DNA from: Breznakia sp. PF5-3
GTDB taxonomy: Bacteria > Bacillota_I > Bacilli_A > Erysipelotrichales > Erysipelotrichaceae
Assembly: GCF_029504745.1 (NCBI RefSeq)
Contig: NZ_JAQFIQ010000001.1
Span: 60,001-92,000 of the forward strand
DNA: 32,000 bases
Direction: 5' to 3'
This document shows, piece after piece, positions 1 through 9,712 of this stretch. The notes under the pieces are model-generated. The model saw nothing but the letters and a program-made list of their open reading frames with translations, was not told the origin of the DNA and made no database searches. How positions within the stretch are numbered: position 1 is the first letter of the stretch; each line of letters opens with the position of its first letter. The position numbers and the translations under genes were made by a program.

Positions 1-417
1 GGTATGAAGAGTGATATTGCTCATCGTAATTTAAACGAAGGATTTTCTGGTGGGGAAAAGAAACGTAATGAAATCATTCAAATGAAATTATTAAAACCAC
101 AATTTGCAATGTTGGATGAGATTGATTCTGGTTTGGATGTGGATGCTTTGAAAATCGTTGCTGATGCGGTACAAGATTTATATGATACACAAGATTTATC
201 ATTATTAATTGTTTCACATTATGAACGCTTCTTAGATTTAACCAAACCTACTCATGTGCATATTTTACTGGATGGTAAAATTGTTGAGTCTGGGGACTAT
301 GAATTGGTTTCAAAAATTGATAACGAAGGGTATGAATGGCTTTATACAAAATATGGGGTTGAAAAGCCAAGTGAAAAACCTGCACTAGTATTAGAATCAT
401 GTGGAGCTAATCGCTAA
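1..417 (+). CDS. sufC: Fe-S cluster assembly ATPase SufC, C-terminal part (5' end lies outside the window)
   Basis: ABC signature FSGGEKKRNEI, Walker B FAMLDEIDSGLD and H-loop VSHY are present. The frame is open from base 1. The stop overlaps the next start (TAATG), and sufD-sufS-sufU-sufB follow. Confidence 0.9.
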   Translation, partial: GMKSDIAHRNLNEGFSGGEKKRNEIIQMKLLKPQFAMLDEIDSGLDVDALKIVADAVQDLYDTQDLSLLIVSHYERFLDLTKPTHVHILLDGKIVESGDYELVSKIDNEGYEWLYTKYGVEKPSEKPALVLESCGANR

Positions 418-1211
418 TGGAAAAGATTACAGAAAAGACAACAATCGAAATCCAAAAAGATGGATACTATGAATATACAGTCGAGACAATTGAAACATTG
501 TCTTTTCATGTTTTAAAGAATGTACATGCAGAGATTAAACTTATATTAAAAGGATCTCTTGAATTACAACAGGATATTTTGTTAGAACCTTCAAGTTCAT
601 TGCATATGTTATCAATGAATGAATGTAAAGATTCTAAAATGAATCTTACATATCATTTGAAAAAAGATAGTGAATTGAAAATCGGGTATTATGAATTGAA
701 TGAAAACACTTGTGATTTAAAAGCGAAATTCTATTTAGAAGAAAATGGTGCTAGTGTGGATGTTGTAACTACATCGATTACAAGTGCAAAGAAAATCTAT
801 GATATAGGATGTATTCACATTGCTGCAAACACAAATAGTAATATGAGTAATTATGAAATCAGTAAGCAACATGCGAATTATAAAATAACTGCGTGTGGAA
901 CGATTAAGAAGGGTGCATATCAGAGCAAGTCGCATCAAACAAGTAGAATTTTAACGCTTCATGAAGATCAAAGAAGTGAAGCAATTCCAGTTCTATTAAT
1001 TGATGAAAACGACGTAGAGGCATCTCATGCAAATAGTATGGGTAAGATGAATGCAGAAGATTTATATTATCTACAAAGTAGGGGAATTAGTGATGAACAA
1101 GCAAAAGAATTACTTACGATGTCTTACTTGTTACCAATTACTGACGTTTTAGATAATGAAGAAGTGAACGCAGAACTAGTAACAATGATTCGTAGTAGGA
1201 TGGGTTTATAA
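417..1211 (+). CDS. sufD: Fe-S cluster assembly protein SufD (short form, 264 aa)
   Basis: Sits between sufC and sufS. The C-terminal motif region (IPVLLIDENDVEASHANSMGKMNAEDLYYLQSRGISDEQAKELL) is typical of the SufB/SufD family. The start is translationally coupled to the sufC stop. Confidence 0.75.
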   Translation: MEKITEKTTIEIQKDGYYEYTVETIETLSFHVLKNVHAEIKLILKGSLELQQDILLEPSSSLHMLSMNECKDSKMNLTYHLKKDSELKIGYYELNENTCDLKAKFYLEENGASVDVVTTSITSAKKIYDIGCIHIAANTNSNMSNYEISKQHANYKITACGTIKKGAYQSKSHQTSRILTLHEDQRSEAIPVLLIDENDVEASHANSMGKMNAEDLYYLQSRGISDEQAKELLTMSYLLPITDVLDNEEVNAELVTMIRSRMGL

Positions 1212-1213
1212 TT

Positions 1214-2443
1214 ATGAAAATAGATGCAATACGTAAAGATTTTCCAATGTTTAAAAATAAGTCAAAGAAAGGATATGATTTGATTTATTTTGATAATGCA
1301 GCAACTACATTTAAACCTATGAAAGTTATTGAGGCTGTCAATGAATATTATACGAAATATAGTGTTAATGCACATCGAGGAGATTATGAATTAAGCTATA
1401 AAGTAGATACATTATATGAAAGTGTGCGGGATACAGTAGCATCTTTTATTAATTGTGATCGTAAGGAAGTAGTATTTGTATCCGGTACAAGTGCAGCTTT
1501 AAACCAAATAGCTTTTGGGTTTGGTCAAAACCAATTAAAACCTGGAGATGTAGTATTGAGTGATGAAGCAGAGCATGCATCAAATTATTTACCATGGCAG
1601 CATGCTTGTGAAACAACAGGGGCTACACTAGAATTTATTGAATTAGATGAACATGGATATGTAACAATTGAAACTTTTAAAAAGGCAATTCATAGTGGTG
1701 TGAAGATTGTTTCAATTGCACATGTTACCAATGTGTTAGGATGTGTATTAGATATTAAAGAAATATCTCGTATTGCACATGAACATGGAGCTATTGTTGT
1801 CGTAGATGGTGCGCAATCAACGCCCCATATGCCAGTAGATGTTCGTGACTTAGATTGTGACTTTTTCGCTTTCTCAGCACATAAATTATGTGGACCAACT
1901 GGAACAGGTGTTTTATATGGGAAATATGAATTGTTAGAAGCTATGGAACCATTGATGTTAGGTGGTGGAAGTAATGCGCGCTATGATATGTGTGGAAATT
2001 TATTGATGAAAGATCCACCTTATAAATTTGAATCAGGAACACCAGCAATTGAAGCAACTTTGGGAATGAAAGCAGCGATTGAATATATTCAAGAAATTGG
2101 TTTGGAAAAAATCCATGAATATGAAAGTGAATTACGTGCATATATGCTGAAACGGATGAAAGAACTTGATAATGTAATTATATATAATGAAGATAGTGAT
2201 AGTGGAATTATTACATTTAATATTAAAAATGTATTTTCTCAAGATGCTGCCACTTATTTTAGTGATAAAGGAATCTCTTTACGAAGTGGTCAACATTGTG
2301 CTAAGTTATTGATGAATTTTTTGGATACGCCAAGTACATTACGGGCAAGTCTTTATTTTTATAACACAAAGGAAGAAATTGATTATTTTATTGATGTTTG
2401 TTCACAGATTAATCCAGATTCTTTCTTAGATGTATTTTTTTAG
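1214..2443 (+). CDS. sufS: cysteine desulfurase SufS (class V PLP aminotransferase)
   Basis: Contains the PLP-lysine motif FSAHKLCGPTGTGVLYG and the catalytic Cys loop RSGQHCA. 409 aa, within the suf operon. Confidence 0.9.
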   Translation: MKIDAIRKDFPMFKNKSKKGYDLIYFDNAATTFKPMKVIEAVNEYYTKYSVNAHRGDYELSYKVDTLYESVRDTVASFINCDRKEVVFVSGTSAALNQIAFGFGQNQLKPGDVVLSDEAEHASNYLPWQHACETTGATLEFIELDEHGYVTIETFKKAIHSGVKIVSIAHVTNVLGCVLDIKEISRIAHEHGAIVVVDGAQSTPHMPVDVRDLDCDFFAFSAHKLCGPTGTGVLYGKYELLEAMEPLMLGGGSNARYDMCGNLLMKDPPYKFESGTPAIEATLGMKAAIEYIQEIGLEKIHEYESELRAYMLKRMKELDNVIIYNEDSDSGIITFNIKNVFSQDAATYFSDKGISLRSGQHCAKLLMNFLDTPSTLRASLYFYNTKEEIDYFIDVCSQINPDSFLDVFF

Positions 2444-2454
2444 GAGGTATAAGT

Positions 2455-2895
2455 ATGAATGATATGTTTAAAGATCCAATGGTTTTACGCCAAATTATCA
2501 TGGATCATGATAAATATCCTAGAAATCGTGAATTGGTAAAAGATGATAATTACTTGCGTAAACATATGGCAAGTGATTCTTGTATCGATGATATAGAAGT
2601 GCAAGCACTTATTAAGGATGATAAGATTAAGGATATCCGCTTTGATGGAGTTGCCTGTACAATTGCAACAGCTTCTACGTCAATTATGAGTGAGCTATTG
2701 ATTGGAAAGACATTAGTAGAAGCAAAAGAAATTATTCAAAACTACCGTGACATGATTGATGAAAAACAATATGATGAAGAATTGTTAGACGAAGCAGTAG
2801 CTTTTCAAAACGTTGGAAAGCAAGCCAATCGTATTCATTGTGCAACAATTGGATGGGATGCAATTGAATATTTAATGAAAGAGAGCGAAAAATAA
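2455..2895 (+). CDS. sufU: Fe-S scaffold / sulfur acceptor SufU (IscU-like)
   Basis: 146 aa with the conserved Cys positions ([19 protein letters not shown]). AGGAGG SD upstream. Located between sufS and sufB. Confidence 0.85.
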   Translation: MNDMFKDPMVLRQIIMDHDKYPRNRELVKDDNYLRKHMASDSCIDDIEVQALIKDDKIKDIRFDGVACTIATASTSIMSELLIGKTLVEAKEIIQNYRDMIDEKQYDEELLDEAVAFQNVGKQANRIHCATIGWDAIEYLMKESEK

Positions 2896-2896
2896 C

Positions 2897-4297
2897 ATGA
2901 ATGAAAAAGATATCAAGACAAACGATGATTATCAATATGGATTTCATGATGAAGATATCAGTATCTATAAAACAAATCGTGGGTTAACTCGCAAGATTGT
3001 TGAAGAGATTTCAGAAATCAAACAAGAACCAGAATGGATGCGCGAATATCGTTTGCGTGCCTATGAGCAATTTGAGAAAATGCCAATTCAATCATGGGGA
3101 CCAGGTTTGGATCATTTAAATTTTAATGATTATACATATTATATTCGTCCTAGCGAAAAAACAGAAAGCAATTGGGAAGATGTCCCAGATACAATCAAAG
3201 ATACATTTGATAGATTGGGAATTCCAGATGCTGAAAAAGAATTTTTGGCTGGCGTTACTACACAATATGAAAGTGAAGCTGTTTATCATAATATGTTGGA
3301 AGAAGTAGAAGAAAAAGGTGTTATTTTCTTAGATACGGATACGGCTTTGAAAAAACACCCTGAACTATTTAAAAAGTATTTTGGAACAGTGGTTCCAGCT
3401 ACAGATAATAAATTTGCTGCCTTAAATAGTGCTGTTTGGAGTGGGGGGAGTTTCATTTATATTCCAAAGGGTGTAGTTTTAGATAAACCATTACAATCCT
3501 ATTTTAGAATCAATTCAGAGCGTATGGGACAGTTTGAAAGAACTTTAATCATTGTTGATGAGGGGGCAGAAGTGCATTATGTTGAAGGCTGTACAGCACC
3601 AATTTATTCTAAAGAGAGTATGCATGCAGCTGTGGTAGAAATCATTGTTCATAAAAATGCGAAATGTCGTTATTCAACGGTTCAAAATTGGAGCAGTAAT
3701 ATTTTAAATCTTGTTACAAAACGATCTAAAGTTCTCTACAATGGATCAATGGAATGGGTTGATGGAAATATAGGGTCACAAATTTCTATGAAATATCCAG
3801 CTTGTATTTTAGCTGAAGAATACGCAAAAGCAACAACGATTTCAATTGCTGTTGCAGGAAGCAATCAAATTCAAGATACAGGAGCAAAAATGATTCATTT
3901 AGCTGCTAATACTTCAAGTAATATCATTTCTAAATCAGTGTCTAAAAAAGGTGGAGAAGTGAACTATCGTGGTTTGGTGCTTCATGGAAAAAATGCAAAA
4001 AATGCGAAAAGCAAGATAGAATGTGATACACTTATATTAGACAAGCAGAGCAAATCTGATACAATCCCAACGAACATCGTGCAAAATGATAGTTCTACAA
4101 TTGAACATGAAGCAACAGTTTCTAAAATAAGTGAAGAACAATTATTTTATTTAATGAGCCGGGGATTGAAAAAAGAGGAAGCCGAAGAAATGATTGTCAT
4201 GGGCTTTTTAGAGCCGTTTACACGAGAACTACCAATGGAATATGCGGTAGAATTGAATCAACTGTTGAAGATGGATATGGAAGGATCAATAGGTTAG
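2897..4297 (+). CDS. sufB: Fe-S cluster assembly protein SufB
   Basis: 466 aa with characteristic SufB segments ([44 protein letters not shown]). Confidence 0.93.
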   Translation: MNEKDIKTNDDYQYGFHDEDISIYKTNRGLTRKIVEEISEIKQEPEWMREYRLRAYEQFEKMPIQSWGPGLDHLNFNDYTYYIRPSEKTESNWEDVPDTIKDTFDRLGIPDAEKEFLAGVTTQYESEAVYHNMLEEVEEKGVIFLDTDTALKKHPELFKKYFGTVVPATDNKFAALNSAVWSGGSFIYIPKGVVLDKPLQSYFRINSERMGQFERTLIIVDEGAEVHYVEGCTAPIYSKESMHAAVVEIIVHKNAKCRYSTVQNWSSNILNLVTKRSKVLYNGSMEWVDGNIGSQISMKYPACILAEEYAKATTISIAVAGSNQIQDTGAKMIHLAANTSSNIISKSVSKKGGEVNYRGLVLHGKNAKNAKSKIECDTLILDKQSKSDTIPTNIVQNDSSTIEHEATVSKISEEQLFYLMSRGLKKEEAEEMIVMGFLEPFTRELPMEYAVELNQLLKMDMEGSIG

Positions 4298-4303
4298 AAT
4301 AAT

Positions 4304-4834
4304 ATGAAAGATAATTTGAGAAAGGCGTGTCGTGAAAAAAGAAGTGGCTTATCTAAATTGGAACTCGCAAATTATTCAAAGGATGTTGTTGATAAGCTTA
4401 TACCACTGATTGCAAAACATGAGAATATTGGTATATATTTACCAATGATGAGTGAAGTGGATGTAACAGCATTATTATCTATGGAGCGTAGTTTTTTTGC
4501 TCCTGTCGTGAAAGACAAGGAACAAATGGAATTTTATGAACTTGTTTCTTTGAATGATACACAAAAAGGAAAGTTTGGAATTTTAGAACCTTCTTCAGAT
4601 TATCATATTGAACCTAAAGATTTAGAAGTAATCATTGTACCTCTTGTTGCCTTTGATGAAAATTTAAACCGCTTAGGACAAGGTAGAGGCTATTTTGATC
4701 GATATTTAAAAAGAACAAAAGCAATTAAGATTGGTGTTGGATTCGAAATACAAAAAGTTGAAAATATACCAACTGAAGAGTTTGATATCCGTCTTGATTA
4801 TATTGTTAGTGAAAAGCGAGTATACCATCGCTAG
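4304..4834 (+). CDS. 5-formyltetrahydrofolate cyclo-ligase (MTHFS)
   Basis: 176 aa. The motif LGQGRGYFDRYL plus the upstream IIVPLVAFD are typical of the MTHFS family. Starts 6 nt after sufB, so it is probably co-transcribed. Confidence 0.8.
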   Translation: MKDNLRKACREKRSGLSKLELANYSKDVVDKLIPLIAKHENIGIYLPMMSEVDVTALLSMERSFFAPVVKDKEQMEFYELVSLNDTQKGKFGILEPSSDYHIEPKDLEVIIVPLVAFDENLNRLGQGRGYFDRYLKRTKAIKIGVGFEIQKVENIPTEEFDIRLDYIVSEKRVYHR

Positions 4835-5211
4835 AAGAAAATTAAAGTTAAAAAAATCCCAATTACTATACATGGTATAAATGGGATTTTTTTCTTTTTA
4901 AAGTATATACATATAAAAAGTCCCAATAAATTAGATAAAAGAAAGCTGATTAAAAATTTTGATTTTCCTAAATATAATATATTAAACAAATAGAGTTTTA
5001 AATCAGCGCCACCAATCATTTTCATAAAGAAGAAGAACAACATCATTATCATAAATACCAAAATGAAAAATATATCCAATTCTTTTATTAGGAATAATAC
5101 ACAGAAATATAAACATATAAAAAAACGGTCATATACTTGATAGGTAAAAAAATCTTGTATACTGATGATAAGTAAAATAAGGACGATAGTAATGTGGAAG
5201 ATAATTTGCAT
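4831..5211 (-). CDS. small polytopic membrane protein, A24 (prepilin peptidase / CpaA)-like
   Basis: 126 aa and very hydrophobic. Two Asp-containing motifs resemble the A24 active site (ISIQDFFTYQV and IGGADLKL), followed by a KIPFIPCIVIG segment. Its stop overlaps the MTHFS stop within the palindrome CTAG. Confidence 0.45.
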   Translation of the reverse strand: MQIIFHITIVLILLIISIQDFFTYQVYDRFFICLYFCVLFLIKELDIFFILVFMIMMLFFFFMKMIGGADLKLYLFNILYLGKSKFLISFLLSNLLGLFICIYFKKKKIPFIPCIVIGIFLTLIFF

Positions 5212-5284
5212 ATTTATAAATAAACTAGAATAACTATAATTCCTTATTTGTGATATGATATTTTATACAATAAGTGAGGTTTTT

Positions 5285-6043
5285 ATGAAAACATATTTAA
5301 TAGATTTAGATGGAACGATGTATAAAGGAAATACTATTATTGATGGAGCCCTTGATTTTCTACAAAGAATTAGAGAGCATGGTGATCGTTATTTGTTTCT
5401 TACAAATAACGCAACAAGAACAGGGAAACAAAATGTAGAGCATATGGAAAAATTAGGTTTTTATGGATTGAATCCTGAGGATTTTTTCACTTCTAGCATG
5501 GCTGCAGCTCGCTATATAGCAAAAAAATCATCTAAAAGAAATGCTTTTTTTGTTGGAAAAGACGGACTTAGAGAAGCACTATTAGATAGTGGTTTTACTA
5601 TTACAGATAAAGATGTTGATTTTGTGTTTGTTGGATTGGATAAAGATGGAAGTTATCAAACATATTCTTATGCATTGAAATTTTTGTTGAATGGTGCAAA
5701 ACTAGTCGGGACCAATAGTGATCGTCTTTTGGCTAAAGATGATGGGTTTAACATTGGAAATGGAAGCATTGTAGCTATGTTTGAATATGCTACAGGGCAG
5801 GAAAGTGAAAAAATCGGAAAACCATATCAACCTATTTTAGATGAAGTGTTAGAATATGCTTCGATTACCAAAGAAGAAGCTATTTTAGTTGGTGATAATT
5901 TAGAAACAGAAATTAAGTTAGGTGTTGATTTCGGAGTGAAAACAATATTTGTAACATCAGGAGTACATGATAGGAAAGATATAGAACGATTAAAAATAAT
6001 TCCGAATCAGGTTGTAAATAGCCTAAATGACATAGAAATGTAA
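5285..6043 (+). CDS. HAD superfamily hydrolase, subfamily IIA (NagD/YutF-like sugar phosphatase)
   Basis: Contains DLDGTMY (motif I), FLTNNATR (motif II), the GKP lysine motif and VGDNLETEI (motif IV). I prefer ATG 5285, which has GAGG upstream, over the track start at 5255. Confidence 0.8.
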   Translation: MKTYLIDLDGTMYKGNTIIDGALDFLQRIREHGDRYLFLTNNATRTGKQNVEHMEKLGFYGLNPEDFFTSSMAAARYIAKKSSKRNAFFVGKDGLREALLDSGFTITDKDVDFVFVGLDKDGSYQTYSYALKFLLNGAKLVGTNSDRLLAKDDGFNIGNGSIVAMFEYATGQESEKIGKPYQPILDEVLEYASITKEEAILVGDNLETEIKLGVDFGVKTIFVTSGVHDRKDIERLKIIPNQVVNSLNDIEM

Positions 6044-6082
6044 TCTTTTTCATGGAAAACCAAAGAAAATGTAAGCGCTTTA

Positions 6083-6110
6083 TTGACTTATTTTGAAAAT
6101 TTGTTATGAT
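6083..6110 (+). promoter_or_regulatory. sigma-A-type promoter candidate (TTGACT-16 nt-TATGAT with TG extension)
   Basis: TTGACT at 6083-6088, TG at 6102-6103 and TATGAT at 6105-6110, lying upstream of the structured element. Confidence 0.4.
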
Positions 6111-6120
6111 TTTATTAGGT

Positions 6121-6245
6121 AGTGATGCCTCGTAATTAATCGCCTAATCATTTTTTCTTCCCCACCCATAGAGAGATGATTAGTTTCTCCCCAGATTGAT
6201 TACGAAAGATCGTTTAAGAGGCATGCGAATGTCTCTTATTTTAAT
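6121..6245 (+). ncRNA. structured C-rich leader or small RNA upstream of the NUDIX gene (class unknown)
   Basis: Three nested helices are read directly from the sequence: ATGCCTC 6125-6131 / GAGGCAT 6218-6224; GTAATTAATC 6132-6141 / GATTGATTAC 6194-6203 (one G-U pair); CTAATCAT 6144-6151 / ATGATTAG 6176-6183. C-rich stretches are left unpaired (CUUCCCCACCC in the apical loop, UUUCUCCCCA at 6184-6193). A weak terminator-like hairpin (6215-6238 plus UUUUAAUUU) overlaps the 3' arm of the outer helix. Confidence 0.35.
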
Positions 6246-6266
6246 TTATATGTAAAGGAGAGGTTT

Positions 6267-6779
6267 ATGTTGATTGCTATATTGGAAGATCGGGTTTTTC
6301 GTAAAAGAACAAAAGAACCATATACAAAGCGATGGACGGTTCGCTGTTTTGCATATAATAAAGATAATGAATTGACTTTTTTGCGGATTATTGGGACAGA
6401 TGCTTTAGGAAGACGAAATCATTTGGAAACGATAGGTGGGGCAGTGGAAAATGATGAAAGTCTTGAAGAAGCAATTCGTCGAGAAATCAAAGAAGAAATA
6501 GGGTATACGTGTGAAGTTGTAAAAGAAATAGGTTATATTGTCGATCATTATAATAGTTTGAATCGGGAAACCATTTCCACATATTTCATTGTGAAGTTAT
6601 TGGATCATGTAGGCGGTGAAAATCGTAGTGAAGAAGAGTTGAATCTTATTCAGGGTATTGAACATTACGATGAGGAGGATGCAATGAAAACATTAGCTGA
6701 GTATCCTAAAAGAACTGTTAATGAATTGGTTCAGCGAAGAGATTTAATGGCTTTACGATATTATTTAGAAAATAAATAA
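6267..6779 (+). CDS. NUDIX hydrolase
   Basis: Nudix box GGAVENDESLEEAIRREIKEEIGY (GX5EX7REUXEEXGU). AAAGGAGAGG SD upstream. Confidence 0.85.
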   Translation: MLIAILEDRVFRKRTKEPYTKRWTVRCFAYNKDNELTFLRIIGTDALGRRNHLETIGGAVENDESLEEAIRREIKEEIGYTCEVVKEIGYIVDHYNSLNRETISTYFIVKLLDHVGGENRSEEELNLIQGIEHYDEEDAMKTLAEYPKRTVNELVQRRDLMALRYYLENK

Positions 6780-6795
6780 ACCGCATTCGCGGTTT
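6778..6795. terminator. bidirectional intrinsic terminator between convergent genes
   Basis: AAACCGC-ATTC-GCGGTTT hairpin with A and T runs on both sides. Confidence 0.7.
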
Positions 6796-7740
6796 TTATT
6801 TTGTTTCTAGTCCTTTCCCTTGATATGTGTTTCTGGCAACCATTTCTTTATCAATATCATTTAAAATAACAGTTTTCTTAAACATCCAAAAAGAATCAAT
6901 TTGCGTTTCTTTATCTCCATCTCCTGTCAATCTTTGGATTATAATTCTAGGAGGAAGTTGCTCCAATTGTTTAACAACAACATCAATATAATCTTCCTTT
7001 GATAATAACGGAAAGGGTGTCTTATGATATTGTTTAGCAAGCGTGGTACCATTGCTAAGATAAAGCATGTGAATCTTTACTGCGTGAAGTGCTAAGGAAC
7101 CAACTTCCTTGGCGCTTTGAATCATCATTTCTTTTGTTTCATTTGGTAATGAATTCATAAGATGAACACAGATTTTAAGTTTTGTATTTTTTAAACGTTC
7201 AATACAATTTTTAAATGTAGCATAAGAATGTCCGCGATTGATTGCGTTTGCTGTTTTATCATGAATGGTTTGTAATCCTAATTCAATCCAGATTTCTTTT
7301 TTTTCAGCTAAACTATTTAAATATGCTATTTTATCATCCTCTAAACAATCTGCTCTTGTTGCAATACAAATACCTAAAACTTCATCTTTTTCATAAAAAG
7401 GTTGGATTGTGTTTTTTAAGGTTTCTAAGGAGCAATATGTATTTGTGTAAGCTTGGAAATAGGCCAGTGCCTTTCCATCTGGCCATTTACGTTTCATTAC
7501 ATTCATATTGGCATGAAATTGTTTTTTTAAAGATTCGTTGGCTGCTTCTACTTGATCACCACTACCACTACTAGAGCAAAATGTACAACCACCAATACCA
7601 CAGGTGCCATCCCGATTGGGACAACCAAAATTAGCGTTTAGTGGAACTTTAAATACTTTAGAATGAAATTTATTGCGTAAATAGTAATTCCATGTATGGT
7701 AGCGTTTGTTATCATTACTATAAATAAAAGGATTTTTCAT
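6796..7740 (-). CDS. radical SAM protein, TIGR01212 (YtqA/YhcC-like) family
   Basis: N-terminal FGCPNRDGTCGIGGCTFCS cluster motif, with the rest of the sequence typical of this family. 314 aa. Confidence 0.85.
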   Translation of the reverse strand: MKNPFIYSNDNKRYHTWNYYLRNKFHSKVFKVPLNANFGCPNRDGTCGIGGCTFCSSSGSGDQVEAANESLKKQFHANMNVMKRKWPDGKALAYFQAYTNTYCSLETLKNTIQPFYEKDEVLGICIATRADCLEDDKIAYLNSLAEKKEIWIELGLQTIHDKTANAINRGHSYATFKNCIERLKNTKLKICVHLMNSLPNETKEMMIQSAKEVGSLALHAVKIHMLYLSNGTTLAKQYHKTPFPLLSKEDYIDVVVKQLEQLPPRIIIQRLTGDGDKETQIDSFWMFKKTVILNDIDKEMVARNTYQGKGLETK

Positions 7741-7793
7741 ATTAATATCTTATCATATTTTAGATAATATGATAATCTATAGTAGGTGGTAAA

Positions 7794-8489
7794 ATGAGTG
7801 TAGAAAAGAGAATTATAATTGATGGTTATGTATTTACTTATAACTTACATATTAAAAAAATTAAAAATCTAATATTAAAGGTAGAACAGGATGGTTCTTT
7901 AAGTGTGAGTGCAAATCAATACATACCTCAACATAAGATAGACGCTTTTTTAAAAGAACGAATTTCTTGGATTTTAAAAAAACAAGAACAGCAAAAAAAG
8001 CAATTTGATGTTCTTTTTACTGATTGTTTTGATCAAGATTATTTTTATTTGTTTGGAAAAAAATATGATCTTATTTGTGTACAGTCAAATCAGAATAGTG
8101 TTTCTTTACAAGAAAATCAGATGTATGTATATTATAAACATGATAAGGCAGAATGTAATAAAGTAATACAAAAGTATATTCGTCATACTTGTGAACAGGT
8201 GTTTTCTAAAATAGTAAATGAATATGTTTCACGATTGATAGATTATCGTTTGGAGATGCCAACTATAAAATATCGAAAGATGAAATCACGATGGGGGAGT
8301 TGTGCTACGAGAAGTAACACAATTACGTTGAATACCAATCTGATTCATTATCCAATGAAGTTTGGAGAATATGTTGTGTTTCATGAATTAGTGCATTTCA
8401 TTCAACCAAATCATTCCAAACATTTTTATCAAATTATTGCGAATTATATGCCAGATTATAAAGAACGAATAAAGCTTTCTACTATGTAG
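7794..8489 (+). CDS. YgjP-like metal-dependent hydrolase (DUF45 / M48-like, HExxH)
   Basis: HELVHFIQPNHSKHFY zinc motif near the C-terminus, RWGSC motif, 231 aa. Confidence 0.75.
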   Translation: MSVEKRIIIDGYVFTYNLHIKKIKNLILKVEQDGSLSVSANQYIPQHKIDAFLKERISWILKKQEQQKKQFDVLFTDCFDQDYFYLFGKKYDLICVQSNQNSVSLQENQMYVYYKHDKAECNKVIQKYIRHTCEQVFSKIVNEYVSRLIDYRLEMPTIKYRKMKSRWGSCATRSNTITLNTNLIHYPMKFGEYVVFHELVHFIQPNHSKHFYQIIANYMPDYKERIKLSTM

Positions 8490-8525
8490 ATATTGTTATT
8501 AGAGCATTATGTTTGGGGAGGAATT

Positions 8526-9083
8526 ATGGATAAAAAAAATATTGATTGGATTTTATTTAAAGTTTTTCTTATTGCAGGAACATTTACTTTTGCTGGAGGT
8601 TTAGCGATGTTGCCTGTAATTGAAAAAGACATCGTAAAAAAATATAAATTAATGAGCCGTGAAGCTTTTTTAGATGATGCAATCATGGCACAAACGATTC
8701 CTGGGGTTGTTGCATTAAATTGTGCATGTTTTGTAGGAAAGAAGTGTAATGGTATGCGTGGAATGCTCGCAGCATCGCTGGGAAGCATTCTGCCAGCTTT
8801 TTTTCTTATGTTGATTGCTACAATCTTATATGATTATATTCCTCAAGAGGGACCACTACAAATGGCTTTTGTAGGTGTTCGTGCTGCTTCAGTAGCATTT
8901 GTATTAGCGGCAGCAATTACTTTGGGTAAACACAATTTAAAGAATATGTATGCTTGGTGCATTATGCTTTGTAGTTTTTTGCTTATTGTTCTTTTTAATA
9001 TACAAGCACCTTTTGTTATTGTAGGGGCTGGAATTTTTGGCGTTTTTTATTTTTCTTTACTTAATAAAAGGAGGCCATCATGA
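8526..9083 (+). CDS. chrA: chromate transporter family protein (short ChrA, first of a pair)
   Basis: Polytopic membrane protein with FGGGLAMLP-like motif (FAGGLAMLPV). I prefer ATG 8526, which has GGGGAGG SD, over the track start at 8493. Its stop overlaps the next start. Confidence 0.78.
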   Translation: MDKKNIDWILFKVFLIAGTFTFAGGLAMLPVIEKDIVKKYKLMSREAFLDDAIMAQTIPGVVALNCACFVGKKCNGMRGMLAASLGSILPAFFLMLIATILYDYIPQEGPLQMAFVGVRAASVAFVLAAAITLGKHNLKNMYAWCIMLCSFLLIVLFNIQAPFVIVGAGIFGVFYFSLLNKRRPS

Positions 9084-9646
9084 TTTTAGTCTCTATCTTT
9101 TTAGCGTTTTTAAAAATTGGCTTTTTAGGCTTTGGTGGTGGCTATGCGATGTTGACCATGATTTTAGATGAATCACTAAACTTGGGATTATCTCTTTCAC
9201 AGTTTGCTGATTTAAATGCTCTAGATATGTTAATCCCTGGACCGATTGCGATAAATGCTGCTACTTATGTAGGATATTTATCAGGAGATATTACAGGTGC
9301 TATGCTCGCTACGATTGCAGTGTGTATTCCTTCCTTTGTTTTGGTATCTTTATTCCATTATTTTTCTAAATATATCCAAAAAAATAAAAAAATTCAATAT
9401 TTTATGGAATCTATCAAACCATCCGCAGTAGGATTAATTGCAAGTGCTGCTTTTACTTTAGCTCTTGGTGTCATATTTGATGTACAATCCATTAACGAAT
9501 TGCTTAATACTACAATTAGTACAACGATTATCTTTCCAGCTATTGTATTTATCGCATGTGCGATAGCAAATATAAAATTTGATATTAATCCAATCTTTCT
9601 TACATTATTTGCAGGAGTCATAGGTTATTTTATCTATTATATATAA
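9080..9646 (+). CDS. chrA: chromate transporter family protein (short ChrA, second of a pair)
   Basis: FLKIGFLGFGGGYAMLTMI is the classic ChrA N-terminal motif. The ATGA overlap with the upstream paralogue indicates translational coupling. Confidence 0.8.
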   Translation: MILVSIFLAFLKIGFLGFGGGYAMLTMILDESLNLGLSLSQFADLNALDMLIPGPIAINAATYVGYLSGDITGAMLATIAVCIPSFVLVSLFHYFSKYIQKNKKIQYFMESIKPSAVGLIASAAFTLALGVIFDVQSINELLNTTISTTIIFPAIVFIACAIANIKFDINPIFLTLFAGVIGYFIYYI

Positions 9647-9661
9647 TAAATTATACTATTT

Positions 9662-9695
9662 AAAACACGTACATTGATTATAATGTACGTGTTTT
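9662..9695. terminator. bidirectional intrinsic terminator
   Basis: 14-bp perfect stem AAAACACGTACATT / AATGTACGTGTTTT with a 6-nt loop, between convergent genes. Confidence 0.8.
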
Positions 9696-9712
9696 GTAAT
9701 AATTAAGAGGAT

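Noticed and set aside
417-1211. SufD is only 264 aa, which could indicate a truncated pseudogene.
   Set aside because: The start is translationally coupled to the sufC stop (TAATG), the ORF is uninterrupted and the conserved C-terminal region is complete. Short SufD forms are plausible in reduced suf operons.
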